This document shows positions 57,724-64,000 of a stretch of DNA of 64,000 bases, piece after piece. Position numbers and translations under genes: made by a program. This stretch comes from Candidatus Pacearchaeota archaeon (GTDB taxonomy: Archaea > Nanobdellota > Nanobdellia > Pacearchaeales > GW2011-AR1): assembly GCA_016186365.1 (NCBI GenBank), contig JACPLT010000001.1:13231-77230 (forward strand), given 5' to 3'. Positions within the stretch are counted from its first letter, which is position 1; each line of letters opens with the position of its first letter. The notes under the pieces are model-generated. The model had not been told where the DNA came from. It did no database searches and was given only the letters and a program-made list of their open reading frames with translations.

Positions 57724-59886
57724 ATGATAACAATCATGATATTGAGAAAAAAAAGAGGAATAAAAGGGAGTATCCCGTTATATTTGGTATTTATATTTGC
57801 TTCTTTATTTCTGCTGGTATTTTCTTTTATTATTTTGTCTGGAGTTAAAAGGGAGATTACTGGAAAAGCAATAGTATTCCCTAACTGTCCTGGAGTGGTT
57901 ATTCCGGATTGCGAGAGGGGAAAACTATTAAGCACTGGGACTAATTTTTCAAGCGGCTGTCCTTATTCTATTGTGTGCTGTGGGAATGGCCAGTGCGAAA
58001 CAGGAGAAACTTTGATTAATTGTGCTGCTGATTGTTCTGGAACAAATCCTCCCAGTTCGAATACGAATACTCTTTCAATTAGCTTAGTTTATCCGCCAAA
58101 TAATCAAAATTTTAGCTCTTTAACAAATTATAATTTTATGTTTCTTGCTTCTGATGGTTCTGGAATAAATAAGAATGTCAATTGCTCATTTTTTGTCAAG
58201 AGTATCTTTAACCAATCTGCTAGAATAAGCATTAATCCTGGAAGCAGGTTTAATGTTGGAACAGCCCTTGAGGGAAATGGGGTTTTTGGTTATGTTCTCC
58301 CCTCTTTTGGAAGTTATAACTGGCAGATTAAATGCAAAGATGATGCTGGAAATGAGGGAGTTTCTGAAACAAGAGCATTTTCGGTTGTTCAAGTATCAAA
58401 TGTAGATACAACTCCTCCCACAATTACATTAGTTTATCCTGCTGTAAATAACCAGACATTTTATTCAACAAGCAATAATTTTGCATTTAAGACAAGCGAT
58501 TTAATTTTTCCAACCGGTATTAGTTGTAATCTTTTTTTGGATAGCGGTCTTGTTAAATCTATGAATGTTAATAATTCGCAATTGGCTTATTCTCAGATTA
58601 ATACTTCTTTTGGGAGCCATAGCTGGCAGGTAAAATGCAGGAATAGTGCTAATAATGAGGGGGCTTCTCCTTTGATAAATTTTAATGTAGTTAATTATAG
58701 TCAGATATATAATCCAGGAGTTAATTGCCCCTCTGTAACTCCTCCCTCTTGTGTTAATGGAACTTTAATAAATATGACTGCTTCTTTTGGAGGATGCTTA
58801 TTAGGATATACTTGCTGTGGAAATGCTAATTGTGAATCTCCTTATGAAAGCCAAAGAAATTGTGCTGCTGATTGTTCTGGGCAGATAGCAACCCCTTCGG
58901 GTTATTTTGAGATTGTGTTGGGCGAGATTGAGGGAGAAAGTTTGAATTGGGCATTCAATCAACCCTTAAATTTTAGTGCTATGATTAACTCTACATTTCC
59001 TAGAAGTTCATTTTCCTGCGGTTTTTATGTGGATAATAATTTTTATAGAAATATAATCTTTCCTGATTCCGGGACTAAAGGAGGAATTATCAAAATACCT
59101 ATTGACAAATATGCCGGAACTCTTTCAGCAGGAATTCATACTGCTTATGCTAGATGCGGAATTCTTATTAGTGATTCCAGCGGACAGAGAATTGAAAAAA
59201 CCTCTCAAGTTTCTACATTTAGTGTAAATGGGGTGAGTGATACTCCTGGAGAAAGCAATAACAGCATTCCTCCTGCGGTTTTAATTGTCAGCCCTATAAA
59301 TGATACTTATCCCAGCTCTAGTGTGTTAGTGGATATCAGAGGGCAGAATTTAACTTCCCTTATTGTTTATGATGGTGCCAGCAATAATAGCTGTTCTAAT
59401 ATTTCTTCCTGCCAAATTAATGGGATATATCCTGAAGGAAGCTATCATATTATTTCTTATGGACAATCTCCAGTAGGAGTGATAGTTAAAGATTTATGGT
59501 TTAGTGTTAATTCTTCTTATGCCAACTCTTCTGTTTATTATGACCAAAATGAAACTTCCTTAATAAATAATGATACTATCGCTGGAAATCCTCAAACTAA
59601 TGAAAATACTGTCAACATTAATAGTGTTTCATCAAGCAATGTTACAACTAATATCACTGAAACTCTATCTGCAATATTGATTGGGGAAGATGGTGGAGGA
59701 TTATGGTGGGGAATTATTATATTTGTGATTTCATTAATAATTATTGTAGTAGGAACACTTATCACTTTATTATTGAACAAGCCAAAAGAAGAGAGTGAAA
59801 ACGAAGAGAATACAAGTTTAGTGAATGGAGAAATTGTTGAAACTAGCAATCCTGAAAATGGGACTCTATCTTCCTCTTCCGGCTAA
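57724..59886 (+). CDS. Cys-rich surface protein with Ig-like domains and C-terminal TM
   Basis: Two CPxVxxPxC...CCGN..CE..E...NCAADCSG modules, W.xKC Ig-like domains, TM, acidic tail. Confidence 0.85.
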   Translation: MITIMILRKKRGIKGSIPLYLVFIFASLFLLVFSFIILSGVKREITGKAIVFPNCPGVVIPDCERGKLLSTGTNFSSGCPYSIVCCGNGQCETGETLINCAADCSGTNPPSSNTNTLSISLVYPPNNQNFSSLTNYNFMFLASDGSGINKNVNCSFFVKSIFNQSARISINPGSRFNVGTALEGNGVFGYVLPSFGSYNWQIKCKDDAGNEGVSETRAFSVVQVSNVDTTPPTITLVYPAVNNQTFYSTSNNFAFKTSDLIFPTGISCNLFLDSGLVKSMNVNNSQLAYSQINTSFGSHSWQVKCRNSANNEGASPLINFNVVNYSQIYNPGVNCPSVTPPSCVNGTLINMTASFGGCLLGYTCCGNANCESPYESQRNCAADCSGQIATPSGYFEIVLGEIEGESLNWAFNQPLNFSAMINSTFPRSSFSCGFYVDNNFYRNIIFPDSGTKGGIIKIPIDKYAGTLSAGIHTAYARCGILISDSSGQRIEKTSQVSTFSVNGVSDTPGESNNSIPPAVLIVSPINDTYPSSSVLVDIRGQNLTSLIVYDGASNNSCSNISSCQINGIYPEGSYHIISYGQSPVGVIVKDLWFSVNSSYANSSVYYDQNETSLINNDTIAGNPQTNENTVNINSVSSSNVTTNITETLSAILIGEDGGGLWWGIIIFVISLIIIVVGTLITLLLNKPKEESENEENTSLVNGEIVETSNPENGTLSSSSG

Positions 59887-60825
59887 TACAAAAGAAGCGA
59901 GAAGAGACTCGAGCTGAATAAATTCATCGCTTCCTTCAACAAGCCTGAATTCTATCTCGCCAGTTTTTTCTATTAGTTTTACTTTTAGTTCGGGTTCTAT
60001 ATTTAAGTTCCAGATTTCTTTTTGTATTGCCTTGATTATGTCCTGTCCAGAAATGCTCTCTTTTAACATTATATCCAGAAGCTTTTCTCTTGAATTGACA
60101 AAATCTCCGCTCAAGGCATATTCTAAAACTATCTTAATATCTGAAGGTTTTGCTGATGATACCACTGTAGTAATCAAGTCATAGGTTATTTTTGGGGATA
60201 TTGAAGAGGTAGCTTGCAAAAGGTTGATAACTCGTCTGCAGTCTCCTTCACTTGATTCATAAATTGCTTCTGCTGCTTTTTCTTCTATCTCGAGCTTTTC
60301 TGACTCTGCTATTCTTTTAATTATTTTTTCTATATCTTTTTTTTCTAATAACCTGAAGCGAAATATTGCGCATCTTGATTGAATGGGATCGATAATCTTG
60401 CTGGAATAGTTGCAGGAGAGAATAAATCTGCATGTTGAGGTGAAGTTTTCCATTGTTCTTCTTAATGCCTGCTGTGCCTCTCTTGTCAGGGCGTCAGCTT
60501 CGTCTAAAAATATTACTTTAAATGGAACTTTTCCAATAGCTTTGGTTCTTGCAAAATTCTTTACTTCCTGCCTGACTACATCTATTCCTCTTGCGTCTGA
60601 AGCGTTGAGTTCCAAATAATTTTCCTTCCAAGAGCTTCCAAATAATTCTTTTACTATAACGATAGCAAGGCTTGATTTTCCTGTTCCTGCAGGACCTGCA
60701 AATAATAAATGAGGGATGTTCATTGAATTAGTGAGCCCTTTCACTCTTTTTACAATGTCTTCCTGCCCAGTAATTTCATCGAAAGTATTTGGTCTGAATT
60801 TCTCAGTCCAGATTTCACTTGTCAT
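59866..60825 (-). CDS. rfcS: Replication factor C small subunit
   Basis: WTEKFRP, PHLLFAGPAGTGKS, ELNASDARG, FLDEADALT.EAQQALRR.ME, IQSRC. Confidence 0.96.
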   Translation of the reverse strand: MTSEIWTEKFRPNTFDEITGQEDIVKRVKGLTNSMNIPHLLFAGPAGTGKSSLAIVIVKELFGSSWKENYLELNASDARGIDVVRQEVKNFARTKAIGKVPFKVIFLDEADALTREAQQALRRTMENFTSTCRFILSCNYSSKIIDPIQSRCAIFRFRLLEKKDIEKIIKRIAESEKLEIEEKAAEAIYESSEGDCRRVINLLQATSSISPKITYDLITTVVSSAKPSDIKIVLEYALSGDFVNSREKLLDIMLKESISGQDIIKAIQKEIWNLNIEPELKVKLIEKTGEIEFRLVEGSDEFIQLESLLASFVLAGRGR

Positions 60826-60908
60826 AATAATTGGGGTTAAATCTTTTTTATAAACATTTCTATAGTCTAAGCGCTAAATATTTAAATAGTTTTTAGTTCT
60901 TATCTTAT

Positions 60909-61139
60909 TGTTAAGTAAACCTTGTAAATTAACATCCCGGGGATTGAATATTATTCACAGAGAATTTGATTTTTCTCCCTCATTATGTCAGAAATGCTAT
61001 TTGCCTCGTGCATTTCTGAGCACCCTAAAAACTCACAATTCAATAGAGTTTTTTTGGTAGGGGAGAACAAATAAAATTTCTGCTATACTATTAATTTAAC
61101 GCTAGGCGGAGGATGTTAAGTTAGATTATAGACTTAACA
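60909..61139. mobile_element. MITE copy B (231 bp) with a nested hairpin-module insertion
   Basis: cttat|tgttaagt...acttaaca|cttat; extra about 70 bp (60986-61056) absent from copy A. Confidence 0.82.
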
Positions 61140-61182
61140 CTTATCTGTCAGAAAACATAGTTTTTGAATAATATACCTGTTT

Positions 61183-61299
61183 TTACTTCATTCGGCTTCT
61201 TTGCATTTTTCTTCTTCTTTTCTCTTCTTTAAGGCGTTTTCTCTGCCATTTCCATCTCATCTGCCTTTTCTTTTTCCATCGTCTGCTTGAGCGTTTCAT
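61183..61299 (-). CDS. rpl41e: Ribosomal protein eL41 (L41e), 38 aa
   Basis: MKRSSRRWKKKRQMRWKWQRKRLKEEKRRRKMQRSRMK; MRWKW core of archaeal L41e; not in the ORF track. Confidence 0.85.
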   Translation of the reverse strand: MKRSSRRWKKKRQMRWKWQRKRLKEEKRRRKMQRSRMK

Positions 61300-61349
61300 G
61301 AATATTTGAGAAAAAAAGGATTTTTAAATTTATGCTACCTGCATATTTC

Positions 61350-62195
61350 ATGGAAAAACAGGCAAAAATAGGCAATTTGAAGCTAAAGAATCGGTATTTC
61401 TTAGCGCCGATGGCAGGAGTGAATGATATTGCATTTAGAGAGCTGTGCAGAAAATCAGGAGCAGGGTTAGTATATACTGGAATGATTAATCCTCTTTCTA
61501 AGGAAGAGATTCATTTAGAAGATAGACCTGTACTTCAAATTTTTTGCTCTAGTGAAAAAGGGCTGAAGGAGTTTGTGGAAAAATATAATGATAGGGTAAG
61601 CTTGTTTGACTTTAATCTAGGATGCCCTGCTAAAGTTGCAAGAGAGTGCGGGTTTGGAGTTTTTATGCATAATAAAATTGAAGCTGTTGAAAAAATATTA
61701 AAAATAATCAGGGAGAACAGCAAGGTTCCTTTTAGTATAAAAATTAGAAAGTCGAGAAATGCCATGAAGCTTGCAAAGCTTGCTGAAAAATATTGTGATG
61801 CTATTGCGATTCACCCCAGGACAGGAGAACAGGGATATTCTGGAGAGGCAGATATTAAATTTGCAGAAAAAATAAAGAGAAATATAAAAATTCCTGTTAT
61901 TTATTCAGGAGATGTTGATGAGCGCAATGCTGATGAACTGCTGAAAAAATTTGATTTTGTCATGATTGGAAGGAAAGCTTTAGGGAACCCCAACATATTT
62001 GCAAATTTGACTGGGAATAAAACAAATTTTACTTTTAGGGATTATATCGAAACAGCAAAAAAATATAAACTTAAATTTTCCCAGATAAAAATGCAGGCAA
62101 TGTATTTCACTAAGAATGTTTATGGAGCTGGAGAGATGAGAGAAAAGTTGATGAGGGCGAAGACGATTGAAGAAATTGGAAAAATTATGAGTTAG
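61350..62195 (+). CDS. dus: tRNA-dihydrouridine synthase
   Basis: LAPMAG..D.AFR, DFNLGCP, IKIR, IHPRT..QGY.G.AD, YSGDV, VMIGR.ALGNP. Confidence 0.93.
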   Translation: MEKQAKIGNLKLKNRYFLAPMAGVNDIAFRELCRKSGAGLVYTGMINPLSKEEIHLEDRPVLQIFCSSEKGLKEFVEKYNDRVSLFDFNLGCPAKVARECGFGVFMHNKIEAVEKILKIIRENSKVPFSIKIRKSRNAMKLAKLAEKYCDAIAIHPRTGEQGYSGEADIKFAEKIKRNIKIPVIYSGDVDERNADELLKKFDFVMIGRKALGNPNIFANLTGNKTNFTFRDYIETAKKYKLKFSQIKMQAMYFTKNVYGAGEMREKLMRAKTIEEIGKIMS

Positions 62196-64000
62196 ATGAT
62201 CTGGATAGAGATTTTAACTGCAGCTCCCTTACTGTTTCTAATACTCGTGAATCTGGAGAGAGAATATAAACATGGTCATCTTTTGATCTTACTGCTCTGT
62301 AAATTCTCTGCAGGAATTCTCTGCTTGCTTTGTCTTTATAGAATTCCCAGAAATATTCAGGATGAGTTTTCTGCAGTATTTTCCAAAATGTTTCTGAAAT
62401 ATTAGGGTTGGGATATTTTGTGAAGATTATCGCCCTACAAATATCTCCAGGAAAATCCACTCCTCTTGAACATTTTGTTGTGAAAAGAGAGCTAGCAAGC
62501 TTTTTTTTGAATTTAGAGATGTTCTCTCCCACTTTATCCTGCTTTTGCATTTCTCTCAGCTTTTCTGACGAAAGAATATTTGTTATGCTAAATCTTTCTT
62601 TTTCTATTTCTGAAGGCAAGTCCTGAAAAGCGTTTACATGGACTAAAAATGGAGTTGGAGCTTTTTGAATCGCCAGAGAGAGGGAGTTAAGATAGTCTTC
62701 TCTTGAATGCTTGTTGGATGAAAAATTGGAATATTTGCAGTCAAATTCTTTTCCTGTTTTTATTATTTCTATATTTCCCTGATTTAATGCTTCTGCCTCT
62801 ACAATTTTATAATCTTTTATTCCAAAAATATTTCTTATCACATTTTCAGAATGCAGGGTTCCTGACATGAATACCAGCGCTTTATTTGAATCTATTAACT
62901 CTTTAACTTTTCCTGAAAGGTTAGTGCTTACAAGTTTTACTAAAAGATTTCCTTCGAATATTCTGTATGTCAGGTAAACATCGTCTAAGCTGGGAAAAGT
63001 TCTTGAGGCTTCTAAAGCTCTGTTTGAATAATTCAACTCGTCAATTGAAATTGCGGCTTCCAGTTCTTCATCTTTTCTCAATAACTCTAAAATGTCTTTT
63101 ATTTTCGTCTCTTTAATATGAAAGACTTTATTTTCATCTATGCCTGAAAACTTTTTATTTTTTTCTTCTGTGCTTATTATATCTGTTATCTGGAATATCG
63201 TTTCTTTTGATTCAATATTATCCACTGAAATAGCCCTTATTGATGATGCCAGCTTTGTTAAATTGATTTCATCCTGTTCAAATAAGCTGTCAAGAAAGTT
63301 GTCGGCTTCATCTATTATTTCTACATCTGTTTGAGGTTTTCTTCCGATTGCAAGCTCTGCCCTGTATTTTGCAGAGTTGAATATTATCACATCTGCATCC
63401 ATATATGCCAAATACTGATCATAATAAGAACATCCCGGCTTTCTGTGATAGAAAATATATTCTCTTCCCCCCACCCCTTTATATTTTATTTTTCTTGCAT
63501 CTTTTAAATTTGTTCTCTCGAAATCTGCAGGGAGTATGGGGCTCCAGTAAGGATTTGTCGGGGCGATTGATAATCTTCGGATATCTTTTAGTTCTGGCTC
63601 GCTTTTTGAATTTATTAATGGATTTTCTCTATAATAAGAAAGAAGCTTTGGATAATTTTTTTCTGCTATTTTTATATTTTCCGGAAGAAAGGGGTCTGAA
63701 CAGGGGACAGAGGGCCAGATAATTGAGTCGTGATTATCCCTTCCTGTTATCATCGCTATTTTCATTCTTTTTCCATCTGATTTTATTAAATATTTCTTTT
63801 GAGTATAGTCATCTTCATACTGCTTCTGGAGAGTTTTTACAGGAACTATGATTGAAGCTCTTCCTAATATTCTTGCAATGTTAAGGGCGACTGCAGATTT
63901 TCCTGTTCCGCATGCTCCGTGAAGAAAGATTATTTTATTCCCGGCTTTTATCAAATCTACTATTTCCTTTATTATATCTTCTTGAGTCTTTCCATTTGAA
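62185..64000 (-). CDS. DinG/XPD-like SF2 helicase; start lies beyond the window end
   Basis: Frame open to the window edge (SNGKTQEDII...); GACGTGKS, LQKQY, IIDEAD, MSGTL, RGVDFPGD, QRIYRAVRS. Confidence 0.88.
   Translation of the reverse strand, partial: SNGKTQEDIIKEIVDLIKAGNKIIFLHGACGTGKSAVALNIARILGRASIIVPVKTLQKQYEDDYTQKKYLIKSDGKRMKIAMITGRDNHDSIIWPSVPCSDPFLPENIKIAEKNYPKLLSYYRENPLINSKSEPELKDIRRLSIAPTNPYWSPILPADFERTNLKDARKIKYKGVGGREYIFYHRKPGCSYYDQYLAYMDADVIIFNSAKYRAELAIGRKPQTDVEIIDEADNFLDSLFEQDEINLTKLASSIRAISVDNIESKETIFQITDIISTEEKNKKFSGIDENKVFHIKETKIKDILELLRKDEELEAAISIDELNYSNRALEASRTFPSLDDVYLTYRIFEGNLLVKLVSTNLSGKVKELIDSNKALVFMSGTLHSENVIRNIFGIKDYKIVEAEALNQGNIEIIKTGKEFDCKYSNFSSNKHSREDYLNSLSLAIQKAPTPFLVHVNAFQDLPSEIEKERFSITNILSSEKLREMQKQDKVGENISKFKKKLASSLFTTKCSRGVDFPGDICRAIIFTKYPNPNISETFWKILQKTHPEYFWEFYKDKASREFLQRIYRAVRSKDDHVYILSPDSRVLETVRELQLKSLSRSSNS

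Noticed and set aside
60909-61139. SRP RNA or RNase P RNA (long stem with two apical hairpins)
   Set aside because: No SRP helix-8 or RNase P P4 motifs seen, AT-rich, and better explained as a MITE with TSD and a homologous copy at 57503
57503-61139. Composite transposon carrying the surface gene and rfcS
   Set aside because: Each MITE has its own distinct TSD and the outer flanks (tgtgc, cttat) do not match

Overview
AT-rich (roughly 30% GC by eye) archaeal chromosome segment; gene content and protein style suggest a DPANN archaeon, most likely Pacearchaeota/Woesearchaeota (inference). Left third (2.8-24 kb): one co-oriented minus-strand region. It starts with an unannotated RHH regulator and a 2406-aa Ig-repeat surface protein. 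It continues into a dense signalling cluster: 4 stand-alone receivers, 3 degenerate KaiC-like proteins, one Cache-HAMP histidine kinase with a solute-binding protein, kinase-less sensors and a hemerythrin-KaiC ATPase fusion. The rest is housekeeping: TFS, signal peptidase, CDC48 with intein, MetAP, m5C methylase, PolB, FEN1, Trm5, HerA-like ATPase with mini-intein, RFC-L/S, eL41, Dus and a DinG-like helicase. Mixed in are MNT-HEPN pairs and a cluster of paralogous membrane proteins. The strongest unexplained signal is a family of short modular hairpin elements (TGTCA/TGCTCA...TGAGCA/TGACA ends) at about 10 sites. They concatenate, nest inside each other and inside a MITE, sit in-frame in PolB and a small ORF, and are accompanied by duplicated gene or tRNA ends that leave the target intact. 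Three conventional TIR/TSD element types are also visible: a frameshifted IS, a transposase-less passenger-gene element and a pair of TGT...ACA MITEs.
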